From NCBI GenBank assembly GCA_031411135.1, contig JANOAN010000003.1:10614-74613 (forward strand): DNA of 64,000 nucleotides, in the 5' to 3' direction. The notes under the pieces were generated by a model. It was not told the DNA's origin, searched no databases, and worked only from the letters and a program-made list of their open reading frames with translations. The translations under genes and the position numbers were made by a program. Source of the stretch: a bacterium (GTDB lineage: Bacteria; Patescibacteriota; Minisyncoccia; Phycocordibacterales; CAIZLB01). Positions within the stretch are counted from its first letter, which is position 1; every line of letters begins with the position of its first letter. Shown here one piece after another: positions 19,566-29,842 of the stretch.

Positions 19566-21296
19566 ATGCCCCCAAGCGCAAAAACTCCAAGCATTTTCAG
19601 CATTCTTACCCCTTACAGAAAAATGATTGTATGGCTTATTATTCTTGCCACCTTTGCTAATGGTTTATCACTATTCCTACCTAAACTTATCTCAATCGTC
19701 ATAGATTCATACATTAAAGGAGTTCTGAACCTAAATACCCTTATTCTTGAATTCGGTTCTCTTACCCTGGGTATTCTTCTATTCACATACTTGTATACTG
19801 TATTGGAAATTTACGCCTCAGAAAAAGTCGGCAGAGATATAAGGTCACAACTTGTTACTAAAATTTCTAAACAAAGTTACAGATTTATCGCTGATAAAAA
19901 TCCTTCAAAACTTTTAACAACCATCACTTCTGATATTGATTCAATTAAAATGTTTGTTGGACAGGCCATAGTCTCTCTTGTTTCTTCGACTGTGATCATT
20001 ATTGGTGCCGTTATTATTCTACTTACAATTGATTGGCAACTTGCACTTGCGGTCATTACAATCATTCCAGTTATTGGCATTACTTTCTTTGTCATCTTAA
20101 AAATGGTACGAAAACTATTTGTTCAAAGTCGAGAAGTGGTTGATTGGCTCAACAAGGTAATCAGTGAAAGTATTATAGGCTCTGCATTAATCCGAGTTTT
20201 GCATACCGAAAATCTAGAGGAGGATAAATTTAGCGTTGCGAATGCTAAAGCACGTGACACTGGAATTTCTATTCTTAAATTATTTTCACTCCTGATTCCA
20301 ATTATTACTTTTGTATCAAGTATTGGCTCACTAATTGTAGTTACACTCGGTGGATACTATGTAGTAAACGGATCAATGAGTTTAGGTTCTTTTGCTGCAT
20401 TTACTAACTACATTACAATCCTCATCTTCCCTATTTTAGTTATTGGTTTTATCAGTAACATTATTGCCCAAGCTAGTGCTTCATACGGACGTATATATGA
20501 AGTGCTTCAATCCCCAGATGAAAAAGATTCTGGGAATTTTAGCGCACCACTCACAGGAGAAATTAATATAAAAAATGTAACGCTTTCATACGGCGAAAAG
20601 CCTGCTTTGAAAGACGTTTCGATTTCAATAAAAGCGAAAACTAAAACCGCTATTATTGGTCCTACCGCTGCGGGTAAGACTCAGTTATTAAATGTGCTCG
20701 CAGGACTTACTTCTCCACAATCTGGTTCTGTTGAATACGATGGTCATAAAATTTCTGAATACTCTCACACCTCATTTTACCCACAGATTGGTTTAGTCTT
20801 TCAAGACAGTGTTCTGTTCAATACAACACTCCGAGAAAATATTGCTTTTAGCACGACAGTGACTAATGAATCACTTGAAAAGGCCATTGAAACTGCAGAG
20901 CTTTCTGACTTTATTAGCACCTTACCGGAAGGTTTGGATTCAATTGTGTCGGAGCGTGGAACTTCCCTTTCTGGTGGGCAAAAGCAGCGGTTGATGTTGG
21001 CACGCGCACTTGCACTTAATCCTAAAATTTTATTCCTTGATGATTTCACTGCTAGAGTCGATGCACAAACAGAAAAGAAGATCTTGGCTAATGTTGTAAA
21101 AAATTATCCAGGGCTGACATTAATTTCAATTACTCAAAAAATTGCTCCAATTGAAAGTTACGATCAAATTATTCTATTAATGGAAGGAGAAGTTCTGGCA
21201 CAAGGTACTCACAAAGAACTTCTAAAAATCTCACCTGAATATGTCCAAATTTATGAATCTCAAAAATCAACAGAAAATTATGAACTACGAACTTAA
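19566..21296 (+). CDS. ABC transporter permease/ATP-binding protein (exporter half-transporter)
   Basis: Six TM helices, then Walker A 'GPTAAGKTQ', signature 'LSGGQKQR' and Walker B 'ILFLDD'. Confidence 0.85.
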   Translation: MPPSAKTPSIFSILTPYRKMIVWLIILATFANGLSLFLPKLISIVIDSYIKGVLNLNTLILEFGSLTLGILLFTYLYTVLEIYASEKVGRDIRSQLVTKISKQSYRFIADKNPSKLLTTITSDIDSIKMFVGQAIVSLVSSTVIIIGAVIILLTIDWQLALAVITIIPVIGITFFVILKMVRKLFVQSREVVDWLNKVISESIIGSALIRVLHTENLEEDKFSVANAKARDTGISILKLFSLLIPIITFVSSIGSLIVVTLGGYYVVNGSMSLGSFAAFTNYITILIFPILVIGFISNIIAQASASYGRIYEVLQSPDEKDSGNFSAPLTGEINIKNVTLSYGEKPALKDVSISIKAKTKTAIIGPTAAGKTQLLNVLAGLTSPQSGSVEYDGHKISEYSHTSFYPQIGLVFQDSVLFNTTLRENIAFSTTVTNESLEKAIETAELSDFISTLPEGLDSIVSERGTSLSGGQKQRLMLARALALNPKILFLDDFTARVDAQTEKKILANVVKNYPGLTLISITQKIAPIESYDQIILLMEGEVLAQGTHKELLKISPEYVQIYESQKSTENYELRT

Positions 21297-23031
21297 TTCA
21301 GAGCAAAATAAGAATAAGGTTTCTGCATGGAAAGCCATCAAAAGCTTGCTTCCCATACTTTCAGGCGAAAGCAGTATTTTGATCTATGCAAGTATTGCCA
21401 CCATTCTAAACTCGGCTGTAAACCTAATTGCACCGCTCATTATTGCCCATGTGGTTGATACGTACATCGTTACAAAGCAATTTGGTGGGGTTGTCACTTT
21501 CTCATTTATTCTTTTGGGACTTTATGTTTTTGGACTTTTTACAAGTTACGCTCAAACGAGGCTGATGGGAGGAACAGGTCAGAGAGTACTATTCAACCTT
21601 CGAACAAAAATATTCAACAAGGTCCAAGAACTTCCTACCGCGTTTTTTAATGCAAACAAAGCTGGAGATTTAATATCTAGAATCAACAACGATACTGACA
21701 AGCTAAATCAATTTTTCTCACAGACACTTGTACGATTTGTCGGAAGCATTGTCATTATGATTGGTGCGGGAATCTTCTTGCTATCGATCAATTTAAAACT
21801 TGGCGTAGCGACACTATTCCCTGCTTTTCTATTATTGATAATCACCAGAGCCCTTTCACCTTGGGTTAAAAGGGCAAACACAGTATCACTTAAATCAACC
21901 GGTGGTTTGTCTGCTGAAATTTCGGAAAGTTTACAAAATTTTAAAGTGGTAGTTGCGTTTAATCGTCGAGACTTTTTCCGTAAACGTTTTGAAGTGGCAA
22001 ATGATGATAACTATAAATCTGCAATCAAAGCTGGTGTTGCAAGTAATATTTTTACGCCGATTTTTGAATTTGCCGCAAACCTTGCACAGCTAATTGTTCT
22101 TGCGTACGGGGTTTACTTGATTACAAATGGAAACTTCACACTTGGTTTGTTATTCGGATTTTTGGCTTATGTTGCAAACTTTTACAATCCCCTTCGTCAG
22201 CTTGCTAACCTTTGGTCAAACTTTCAGGTCGCCCTTGCTGGGTGGGATAGAATTTCGGCAATATTAAATATGGAAAATGGTATGCAGGTTTTACCAAAAA
22301 ATAATGAATCGGGAGCTGGAATCATTGAATTCAAAAATGTTTCGTTTAGTTATTCAGAAGAGAAAAAAGTTTTAAGTAATTTAAATTTTGTTTTGGAGAA
22401 AGGTAAAACTTATGCACTGGTTGGACCAACATGTGGAGGTAAAACAACAACCGCCTCCCTCATGGCACGACTATATGACCCAACTGAAGGAATTGTATTT
22501 CTAGATGGAAAGGATATTCGAACCTTTTTTGCATCTGAAACAACTCAAAAGATTGGGTTTATTTTACAGGAACCTATTCTCTTTTCTGGAACAGTTAAGG
22601 AAAACATTCTTTACGGAAATGAAAAGTACAAAGATTTTAGTAATGAAGATTTTGAAAAAGTATTAAAGACTGCAGGACTTGATGGGCTATTAGTTCGATT
22701 TGATGGAGGACTTTCTGCAAAAGTTACAATGTCCGATGCCCTATCGCTTGGTCAGAAGCAATTGATTGCATTTATGAGAGCAGTGCTCCGAGAACCTGAG
22801 TTATTAATTTTGGACGAAGCGACTGCGAATATTGATACGGTGACAGAACAATTGTTGGAAGAGATTTTGAAGAAATTACCGAAGGAGACTACGAGAGTGA
22901 TTATTGCACATAGGTTGAATACGATTGAGAATGCAGATGAGATTTTCTTTGTGAATGGGGGTGGAATTACATTGGCAGGTTCGATGGAGCATGCGGTGGA
23001 GATGTTGTTGCATGGGAAGAGGGAGAGTTAG
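21241..23031 (+). CDS. ABC transporter permease/ATP-binding protein (partner half-transporter)
   Basis: Six TM helices, then 'GPTCGGKTT', 'LSLGQKQL' and 'LLILDEAT'. The true start may be 21253 or 21280. Confidence 0.85.
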   Translation: MSKFMNLKNQQKIMNYELNSEQNKNKVSAWKAIKSLLPILSGESSILIYASIATILNSAVNLIAPLIIAHVVDTYIVTKQFGGVVTFSFILLGLYVFGLFTSYAQTRLMGGTGQRVLFNLRTKIFNKVQELPTAFFNANKAGDLISRINNDTDKLNQFFSQTLVRFVGSIVIMIGAGIFLLSINLKLGVATLFPAFLLLIITRALSPWVKRANTVSLKSTGGLSAEISESLQNFKVVVAFNRRDFFRKRFEVANDDNYKSAIKAGVASNIFTPIFEFAANLAQLIVLAYGVYLITNGNFTLGLLFGFLAYVANFYNPLRQLANLWSNFQVALAGWDRISAILNMENGMQVLPKNNESGAGIIEFKNVSFSYSEEKKVLSNLNFVLEKGKTYALVGPTCGGKTTTASLMARLYDPTEGIVFLDGKDIRTFFASETTQKIGFILQEPILFSGTVKENILYGNEKYKDFSNEDFEKVLKTAGLDGLLVRFDGGLSAKVTMSDALSLGQKQLIAFMRAVLREPELLILDEATANIDTVTEQLLEEILKKLPKETTRVIIAHRLNTIENADEIFFVNGGGITLAGSMEHAVEMLLHGKRES

Positions 23032-23127
23032 TTTAAGACCTAGACATTTAGTTATTTTATTATATAAAGTGCATAAGCGCCGGAATGCATCCGGATGGCA
23101 AGTACAAAACTTCACACCTCGCCGTAA

Positions 23128-23442
23128 TTGAAAATGAATAAATATGACTCGTTAGTAGACACCTCTCGCACGTTAACTGATGCAGACTGGGAACGCGTGC
23201 TCTCTCAGGAATATCGGAAGACTCCCAGAAAACAGGAGAGCATACTCTCCTTCCTTCGAAAACTTCGAGCTAATGGACTCAGTTCCCCTGACAAAGATGT
23301 GGACTGCTTCTGTTATGCAGACCAACTGATCGTCAACAAATTGAACCCTGACCTCATCCTCATTCCAGAAAAGAAAGACTGGGGAACCAATAGTAATGGG
23401 TTTGATTCGACAAAACTTCGGCTTTTCTATCGCAAAAAATAG
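23128..23442 (+). CDS. hypothetical protein
   Basis: ORF followed by the hairpin 'aggcgccatctacggatggcgcct'+T7 terminator. Confidence 0.45.
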   Translation: MKMNKYDSLVDTSRTLTDADWERVLSQEYRKTPRKQESILSFLRKLRANGLSSPDKDVDCFCYADQLIVNKLNPDLILIPEKKDWGTNSNGFDSTKLRLFYRKK

Positions 23443-23678
23443 CAACTGGGAACCCTCCCCTCATCAGGCGCCATCTACGGATGGCGCCTGTTTTTTTACC
23501 CTCACATTGACACCACCCCTCCCCCATGTTACAATCTCTCTGTTAACTTATCTTAAAGGTTTTTCTTTTCAGGACTCACCTCCTCAAACTATCTAGCTCA
23601 CATATACAGAGCTTATCTAAAACTCGCAAGATCCACCGGTCACCAATTATTTTAAAGACTGGAAGTTTACGATAAAGC

Positions 23679-25199
23679 ATGTATCCAAAATCAAACAGCG
23701 CTGGTCCTCGGACTGGCAGTCATTCGCCTAAGCGAAGTTATTCATCATCAAAACCCCGCACAGGTGGCTATTCAGCCCCTGCGGGTTCAGGTTCTTCTAT
23801 TGGACGTTCATCCTCTGGTGGAAGACCTTTTAATGCACGAGCAGCCTACGGCACTGGTTCGGGCTATTCAGCACGACCTGCATCATCTGCACCAAGTCGT
23901 TCATATAGCTCAAGACCTGCATCTGGTGCCCCTTCTCGCTCATACAGCAGTGCTCCTCGCCCTTCATACGGCGCGCCACGTCCTTACAACACTGGCCCTG
24001 GATCACGACCATCATTTGGTGGTTCTCGTGGCGGTTCATCATACGGAGGCGGACGAGGTGGCTACCAAACACGACGCCCAGCTAAAAACTTTGGAACACG
24101 AATCGATCCTTCTCGTTTTATCAACAAAGCAATCGTTACCGAAGTGGTTGAAGTTTACAGCCCTAAACACACCTTTGCAGATTTTCAAATCAATGAAGAA
24201 TTGAAAGCTTCTATTATTGCGAAGGGTTACAAAACCCCTACCCCCATTCAGGATGGCGCAATTCCTAAAATCCTCGAAGGCGTGGATGTTATTGGACTTG
24301 CCAATACTGGTACTGGAAAAACAGCGGCGTTTTTAATTCCACTTATTCATAAAATATTATTGAACCGGGACGAACAAGTTATGGTTATTGCACCAACTCG
24401 TGAACTTGCGATTCAGATCGAACAGGAATTAGTTCAGTTCACAAAGGGATTGAAAATTTATTCTGTATGTTGTGTTGGAGGTGCGAACATTGTTCCACAA
24501 ATCCGAGCACTTCGAATGCATAACAACTTCGTGATTGGTACACCAGGACGATTGAAAGATTTAATCTCGACAGGACGAATAGTTCTCTCACGATTTAATA
24601 CAATCGTTCTTGATGAAGCTGACCGAATGTTGGATATGGGATTCGTAAACGATATGCGATTCATTATGGCCGGAATGCCAAAGACAAGACAGACTCTGTT
24701 CTTCTCTGCGACAGTTTCACCTGAAATTGAAAGATTGATTCAGGAGTTTTTGAAAAACCCTGTACGAATTTCAGTTAAGAGCCGAGATACTTCTAAAAAC
24801 ATTGATCAGGACGTTATCAGAGTTCCTCGTGGCGCTGATAAAGTTCAGATCTTGAGCGATCTATTAAAGAAGCCGGAATTTAGTAAAGTAATTATTTTCG
24901 GACGAACTAAACACGGAGTTGCAAAGCTTTCTGACATGCTTGTTAAAAATGGTTTCAAGTCTGAAGCCATTCACGGTAACCTCAATCACTCTGGACGACA
25001 GAGAGCGCTTACAGGATTCAAAGCTGGAAATACTCAGGTTCTAGTAGCAACTGATGTTGCCGCTCGAGGATTGGATATTTCTAATGTGAGTCACGTGATA
25101 AACTTTGATCTACCTGCCACTTATGACGACTATGTTCACCGAATTGGACGAACAGGACGAGGAGACAAGAAAGGAACTGCCCTTACATTCGTAGAGTAA
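23679..25199 (+). CDS. DEAD-box ATP-dependent RNA helicase with an N-terminal R/S/G-rich low-complexity tail
   Basis: Helicase motifs 'GTGKTAAF', 'PTRELA', 'VLDEADRMLDMGF', 'SAT' and 'HRIGRTGR'. The first ~120 aa are Ser/Arg/Gly/Pro repeats. Confidence 0.9.
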   Translation: MYPKSNSAGPRTGSHSPKRSYSSSKPRTGGYSAPAGSGSSIGRSSSGGRPFNARAAYGTGSGYSARPASSAPSRSYSSRPASGAPSRSYSSAPRPSYGAPRPYNTGPGSRPSFGGSRGGSSYGGGRGGYQTRRPAKNFGTRIDPSRFINKAIVTEVVEVYSPKHTFADFQINEELKASIIAKGYKTPTPIQDGAIPKILEGVDVIGLANTGTGKTAAFLIPLIHKILLNRDEQVMVIAPTRELAIQIEQELVQFTKGLKIYSVCCVGGANIVPQIRALRMHNNFVIGTPGRLKDLISTGRIVLSRFNTIVLDEADRMLDMGFVNDMRFIMAGMPKTRQTLFFSATVSPEIERLIQEFLKNPVRISVKSRDTSKNIDQDVIRVPRGADKVQILSDLLKKPEFSKVIIFGRTKHGVAKLSDMLVKNGFKSEAIHGNLNHSGRQRALTGFKAGNTQVLVATDVAARGLDISNVSHVINFDLPATYDDYVHRIGRTGRGDKKGTALTFVE

Positions 25200-25269
25200 T
25201 TAATACTTATATAAACATCTCTTAACATACCCATTGAGCCAAACTCGATGGGTATGTTAGTATAAAAAT

Positions 25270-25974
25270 ATGAAAGCCCCCGCCAAACTTGTACTAATTC
25301 GTCACGCTGAATCAGAAAGAAATGCAGCACTCAATGGTGGTTTTTTTCTAAATGACCCAGATATTTTACAAAAAGTTGGAAAAGTACCTGATCATAGAAT
25401 ACCCATAACTGAGCACGGTAAATCTCAAGCTAAAAAAACTTCTTCTAAATTACTAGAAATTCATGGGATTCCAGACGTAGTTTTTCATTCTGGATATACA
25501 AGAACTAAACAAACAGCTGAAGGTGTTTTAAGCGATTATCCAGAAAATGCAAATCTTTCAATAAAAGAAGACCTTCTTATTCGCGAACGAGAAGGTGGTT
25601 ATCCATATACATTATTAGAATCTGAAAAAGATCTACACTTCCCTTATTTACAAGATTATTGGAACGTTGTCGGTGGAATATTTTCTCGCCCTGTTGGAGG
25701 AGAAAGCCTAATGGATGTTGTTGAGAATAGACTAAAGCCTTTCTTAGAAAATTTAAATAAAAACTATTCTGGAAAAACAATATTTCTAGTGACGCACGGA
25801 AGAGTGATTCAGTGTATGCGCTTTATTCTAGACGAAATGTCTTTGGAAGAAATGGAAAAGTTTATAGCTGATAATAAATCGTCACCTCGAAATTGTAGCG
25901 TAGCGGTTTATAAATACGATTCAAAAGAAGAAAAATTAAAATTAGACTCTTGGGATCAAGTTTACTGGGAATAA
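25270..25974 (+). CDS. histidine phosphatase family protein (phosphoglycerate mutase-like)
   Basis: 'LIRHAESERN' RHG motif and 'VTHGRVI'. Confidence 0.75.
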   Translation: MKAPAKLVLIRHAESERNAALNGGFFLNDPDILQKVGKVPDHRIPITEHGKSQAKKTSSKLLEIHGIPDVVFHSGYTRTKQTAEGVLSDYPENANLSIKEDLLIREREGGYPYTLLESEKDLHFPYLQDYWNVVGGIFSRPVGGESLMDVVENRLKPFLENLNKNYSGKTIFLVTHGRVIQCMRFILDEMSLEEMEKFIADNKSSPRNCSVAVYKYDSKEEKLKLDSWDQVYWE

Positions 25975-26582
25975 GTAAGAGATAAACCGCCGGTCCGAAA
26001 ATCGGGCCGGCGGTTTGACGCTTCAAGATGAGCTTTCAAATACCGCTTCAGTGCGGGACCAAACTCACTTCCGCACCTCTTCAGGTATCCAGAAATGACT
26101 TCGGAGCCAATTTTCTTGTTATTTCTTTGCGCAGCCCTCACCCAGGACTTCATCTCTGATCCAATCCGACGGATTACTACTTGTCCGTCATTGTTCAGAA
26201 AAACGCTGACGAATTCATCCGGATCCCATCCGCGGGCTTCTTTCCGGATAACACAGGCGATGAGCATCTCACGCTCGACACCACTTCCATCCTCTGGATA
26301 AATCAATCCCAAGGGGAGGAACAACCCTCCGAATTTTTCTGATTGATTCAAAATTCCTTCAATCAGATTCAGGCCGTTAAGCTGTGCCGTGTAGAGATTT
26401 TCCATCACTGCCCTTTTTTCTCCAATTCGCTTCTTTTTGGCCGTTTGGACTTGGATAGCCCAGATGGCCATTCCAATGAGTAGTGCGAGTGATGTCCAAA
26501 AGAGGACCAACATACGGTTGTACGCTACATTGCCACTTTGACGAGCAGGGGCGACTCCAGTAGTGAGTGCGGGTGTGTTCAT
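25962..26582 (-). CDS. hypothetical membrane-anchored protein (GC-rich)
   Basis: ORF with one TM helix. Its 3' end reads through the hairpin at 25984..26017, so the C-terminus is uncertain. Confidence 0.4.
   Translation of the reverse strand: MNTPALTTGVAPARQSGNVAYNRMLVLFWTSLALLIGMAIWAIQVQTAKKKRIGEKRAVMENLYTAQLNGLNLIEGILNQSEKFGGLFLPLGLIYPEDGSGVEREMLIACVIRKEARGWDPDEFVSVFLNNDGQVVIRRIGSEMKSWVRAAQRNNKKIGSEVISGYLKRCGSEFGPALKRYLKAHLEASNRRPDFRTGGLSLTYSQ
25984..26017. terminator. strong bidirectional hairpin terminator
   Basis: 'aaaccgccggtccgaaaatcgggccggcggttt' forms a 12-bp GC-rich stem. Confidence 0.6.
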
Positions 26583-26695
26583 AGAGTACTGAACTCATTA
26601 GTATTAATAAGTGCAAAACGCTGTGAAAAACCAACTAGGAACTTTATCTGTATTAAGCCTATTCCTCCACATTAATAATGTCAATGTGTCAACTG

Positions 26696-26779
26696 TGCGC
26701 GGGAGAAGACTCGAACTTCCACGCCCGTAAGGGCGCTACCACCTCAAGGTAGTGCGTCTACCAATTTCGCCACCCGCGC
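26696..26779 (-). tRNA. tRNA-Leu (anticodon GAG), long variable arm
   Basis: Acceptor GCGCGGG/CCCGCGC, anticodon loop TTGAGGT, variable arm CGCCCTTACGGGCG, T-loop TTCGAGT. Confidence 0.75.
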
Positions 26780-26801
26780 ATGAGTCGTACTATACCAAAA
26801 T

Positions 26802-26834
26802 AAAAAAACCTTACAATTACTGTAAGGTTTTTTT
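26802..26834. terminator. bidirectional intrinsic terminator
   Basis: 'aaaaaaaccttacaattactgtaaggttttttt'. Confidence 0.6.
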
Positions 26835-26839
26835 ATTTC

Positions 26840-27247
26840 TTATTTAACTTCTACTGCTTCTGTCTCTACCACTTCGTCTACTATTCCTGCTCGTGCCTTG
26901 ATTAGTTCTGTCTTCATTCGCTTAGAGATTTCCTTCGCTGCCTTATCTCGGATGAAGTACAACTTTGATCGTCTTGTCTTTGATCGTCGTAGGACTTCGA
27001 TCTTGTCGATCATTGGTGAGTGTAGAGGGAAAATTCTTTCTACTCCCCATCCATTTGATGACTTTCGTACTGTAAAAGTAGCACCTGCCTCTGCTCCGTG
27101 CTTTCTCGACAAAACAAGACCTTCGAAGATCTGGATTCGAGTCTTGCCTTTTTCCTGAATTTTCTGGTGAACTTTAACAGTGTCTCCAGCCTTCATATCA
27201 AGGTCTTTTCGCTCTTTTGTGTTGTTTTTTGCTAGTGTGATTGCCAT
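26840..27247 (-). CDS. rplS: 50S ribosomal protein L19
   Basis: '[38 protein letters not shown]' aligns to the bL19 core. Confidence 0.85.
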   Translation of the reverse strand: MAITLAKNNTKERKDLDMKAGDTVKVHQKIQEKGKTRIQIFEGLVLSRKHGAEAGATFTVRKSSNGWGVERIFPLHSPMIDKIEVLRRSKTRRSKLYFIRDKAAKEISKRMKTELIKARAGIVDEVVETEAVEVK

Positions 27248-27278
27248 GGGAAGATAATATAGCAGAAGATACGGACCT

Positions 27279-27806
27279 TTACAAGAGGTCTCCCTCTATG
27301 TGGCTCAGTATAAAGTTAACCCTCTCCTCTGGTGGTAGAACCGGCACAGAGACTGGTTTATACCCAGAATGCTTATAGGCATCGATTATAGCTAGGTGGA
27401 TTTTTAGTCCCTCGTCCTTGTCTTCCCAACGAGACGTATCATTTTCATAAAATGGTAGTGGATCTAGTACGAAAACTTTCTCATACCTACCTCTTCCTAG
27501 CTTCTCTATTATTTCGGGTGGTTTAACTTTACCAAGAATTGAATACCCGTAACCGTCCACTATCCCTCTGTCATGAAAAGTCACCGCTTCGGTATCCATT
27601 TCTTCCAGTTTCAACTGCCTCTCTGCAACTAATTCTTGAAAACTTTGCAGATTAATCCAAGGCAAAGCATCGCTTCCCTTCATCTTCTCTTCTTCCATAA
27701 TCATGCGTGCTGCTTCAGGAACGACCTTATGCCCACGCGAAGCCAAGATTTCAATGACTGTTGTCTTCCCTATTCCTGGCCCACCGGTGATAACGTATTT
27801 CTTCAT
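27279..27806 (-). CDS. P-loop ATPase (AAA_28-like)
   Basis: Walker A 'GGPGIGKTT' near the N-terminus. Confidence 0.6.
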   Translation of the reverse strand: MKKYVITGGPGIGKTTVIEILASRGHKVVPEAARMIMEEEKMKGSDALPWINLQSFQELVAERQLKLEEMDTEAVTFHDRGIVDGYGYSILGKVKPPEIIEKLGRGRYEKVFVLDPLPFYENDTSRWEDKDEGLKIHLAIIDAYKHSGYKPVSVPVLPPEERVNFILSHIEGDLL

Positions 27807-27807
27807 T

Positions 27808-28506
27808 TTAGTTACTTATTAAAGTTCCTTTAAATTCATTATTATTTATTGCATCCCTTATCGCGGTTATATTTGAACCGTTAACAACTGCGACATCTAT
27901 TCCTAAACTTTGAGCCTCTTTTGAAGCAATTGGGTCAAATGGCGACGAAAGTCCTGGGTCCCATTTTTTAGGAATAATTTTTCTAAATTCTTTCCAGCTA
28001 ATTTTTTCTACTTGCCTGGCATCTGGATATTTTCTGGGGTCTTTATTATAGACATAATCGATATTTGATAAGTTAAGAAGCTTCTCCGCTTTAAATCTTT
28101 TGGCAAGGAGGACCGCGATGTAGTCAGTTGATCTTCCAGGTTTCCAACCGGCAGCTACCAATATTGGTTTGTTGAAAATTATTTTGTCATCTATTGGATG
28201 GTTTACGATGAATTCTTCGGTGTGAGGAAGCAGGACCGTCTTAAGAAGTTGTGCATTTAATCGTGTCGAGTGAATACCGAGCCAGTCAACTTCGTCTTTG
28301 CGTAATTTTGTCACAGCACCTCCTGCTTGTTGATAGTGCCTAGCCGTTCTTCCTCCTCCGCAGATTATGATAAATCTTTTTCCTTTTTTGATTTCTGCGT
28401 TGATTAGTTTTTTAAAGTTTTGTAAGAATCCTACATCAATTTTTTCTGGGACAATCAAAGAACCGCCGACCGATATGACTATTGGTTTAGATACTTCTTT
28501 TTTCAT
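27808..28506 (-). CDS. pyrH: uridylate kinase
   Basis: Amino-acid-kinase fold 'IVISVGGSLIV' and 'IIICGGG'; UMP kinase length. Confidence 0.75.
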   Translation of the reverse strand: MKKEVSKPIVISVGGSLIVPEKIDVGFLQNFKKLINAEIKKGKRFIIICGGGRTARHYQQAGGAVTKLRKDEVDWLGIHSTRLNAQLLKTVLLPHTEEFIVNHPIDDKIIFNKPILVAAGWKPGRSTDYIAVLLAKRFKAEKLLNLSNIDYVYNKDPRKYPDARQVEKISWKEFRKIIPKKWDPGLSSPFDPIASKEAQSLGIDVAVVNGSNITAIRDAINNNEFKGTLISN

Positions 28507-28586
28507 GTTTTTATTATAGCTTTATTAATTCTTTAAAGGAAAAGCGCCGTACCCGGAGGTAGGGCGCTGATGACCTTTTCAAACCC

Positions 28587-29039
28587 TTAATCTGCAGGTT
28601 CCAGAGCATCGTAGTTAACCCACTGTTCCTTACAGTATCCTCGTGTATCATCTTCCCCAAATGTTTCTTCTGGTTGTTCGAGTGGTTCTATATGCACCAA
28701 CCAATCGTGAGTATGGTGTGGTGCCTTGAAACCCAATCGCTCTCCAACGTTGCGATGATCTTCGCGTTTTTGTAATATTTCGAGAGTGAGTGTTTCTTCC
28801 CCATAATGTTCAGCGGGTGTGCGAACAGCAAGCACTCGACTACGAATTTGAGTCCCGCCGATTCGTGAACCATAAGTAGATAGGACATCTAGGTTGGCGA
28901 TCACGATGTCTCCGGGCTTCACATTACATGCGGGTGTCGGTTTTTTGCATTTATTTTGGACCATGCGATTGTTGATGTAGATACTTCCGCAGAATTCGCA
29001 TTTAAGAATCTCGAGGTTGATGGTGGTGGGTTTAATCAT
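28587..29039 (-). CDS. hypothetical protein with N-terminal Cys4 zinc-ribbon (GC-rich), ribozyme-preceded
   Basis: CxxC...C...C at the N-terminus. Hammerhead ribozyme 1 lies 27 nt upstream of the start. Confidence 0.5.
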   Translation of the reverse strand: MIKPTTINLEILKCEFCGSIYINNRMVQNKCKKPTPACNVKPGDIVIANLDVLSTYGSRIGGTQIRSRVLAVRTPAEHYGEETLTLEILQKREDHRNVGERLGFKAPHHTHDWLVHIEPLEQPEETFGEDDTRGYCKEQWVNYDALEPAD

Positions 29040-29065
29040 GTTGGTTGGGATGGATTATTTATTTG

Positions 29066-29150
29066 TAACGTGCTTCTGTTTCGTCTTGCTCTACCACTCA
29101 GTAGAGAGACTCATCAGGCAGGCTTCACATCCTGCGACAGGTGAGAGTTT
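29066..29150 (-). ncRNA. hammerhead ribozyme (type III), copy 1
   Basis: Minus RNA: CUGUC|GCAGG-AUGUGAAG-CCUGC CUGAUGA G-helixII(GUCU..CUCUAC/GUAGAG..AGAC) GAAAC AGAAG. Canonical core with helix III closing. Confidence 0.75.
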
Positions 29151-29188
29151 TGAAAAGTTCTCTCAACTTTTTCTATTGCACTAAGGGG

Positions 29189-29725
29189 CTATGGGAGCTT
29201 CCTTAGTTCTGCAAGAAATGTGCTGATTTTTTGCAGTCGAGCTGTGACGAGAGTGGAGCGCCGGGTCGATTCCTCCAGCATTCGAAGCTCGTCCTTTTCC
29301 TCCCATTCAAGTTGTGAGAGTGCGGTAGAGAATAGCCCCTTGTTCTTGTGAGTGAGAGCCGACCAGTTATCCCAGTCTCCTCGGCTGTCTTGCTCAGCGA
29401 AAAGAAGTTTTCCGTCTTGCACCCGGAGCATATATCCTCCAGCTTGGCATGAGCAGAAGGAGATACGATCTCCATCTTCAAGTTCTTTGCGCAAGGTCTG
29501 GAGCTTGTAGCTCAGGCAACCTCCCTCGACTGCTTCGATTCCCGCTGAGAAGTAGCCGAGGTTCAGCCTCTCTGCATCTTCTCGAGTGATTGAGCGGTGA
29601 GATCCGAATTGGATCCCGCCAAACTCGCTTCCGTCGGTAGTGTCGGCAAGGATGCTTTGGTTGGTCTTGCCTACAAAGTAGTGCTTGGCTCCGGTGAACT
29701 TTTCAGTGAATTCGATAAATTTCAT
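29189..29725 (-). CDS. hypothetical protein (GC-rich), ribozyme-preceded
   Basis: ORF; hammerhead ribozyme 2 lies 30 nt upstream. Confidence 0.5.
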   Translation of the reverse strand: MKFIEFTEKFTGAKHYFVGKTNQSILADTTDGSEFGGIQFGSHRSITREDAERLNLGYFSAGIEAVEGGCLSYKLQTLRKELEDGDRISFCSCQAGGYMLRVQDGKLLFAEQDSRGDWDNWSALTHKNKGLFSTALSQLEWEEKDELRMLEESTRRSTLVTARLQKISTFLAELRKLP

Positions 29726-29754
29726 AGTTGGTGTTTTGTTGGGGTTTGAGTTGT

Positions 29755-29822
29755 AAGGTTCTTCTGTTTCGCTCTGTTGAGCTCGTCAGGCAAGATTCAT
29801 CTTGCGACAGAGAGGATTTTAA
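29755..29822 (-). ncRNA. hammerhead ribozyme (type III), copy 2
   Basis: Minus RNA: UCUCUGUC|GCAAGAUGAAUCUUGC CUGACGA GCUC-AACA-GAGC GAAAC AGAGA... Helix III is 5 bp (ACAGA/UCUGU). Confidence 0.8.
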
Positions 29823-29842
29823 GGTTCCTCGAACCTGCGTTC

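Noticed and set aside
23764-24204. 146-aa alternative-frame ORF (His/Leu-rich) inside the helicase N-terminal region
   Set aside because: Produced by the nucleotide-level tandem repeats encoding the helicase's RS/G-rich tail. The helicase frame carries the real motifs.
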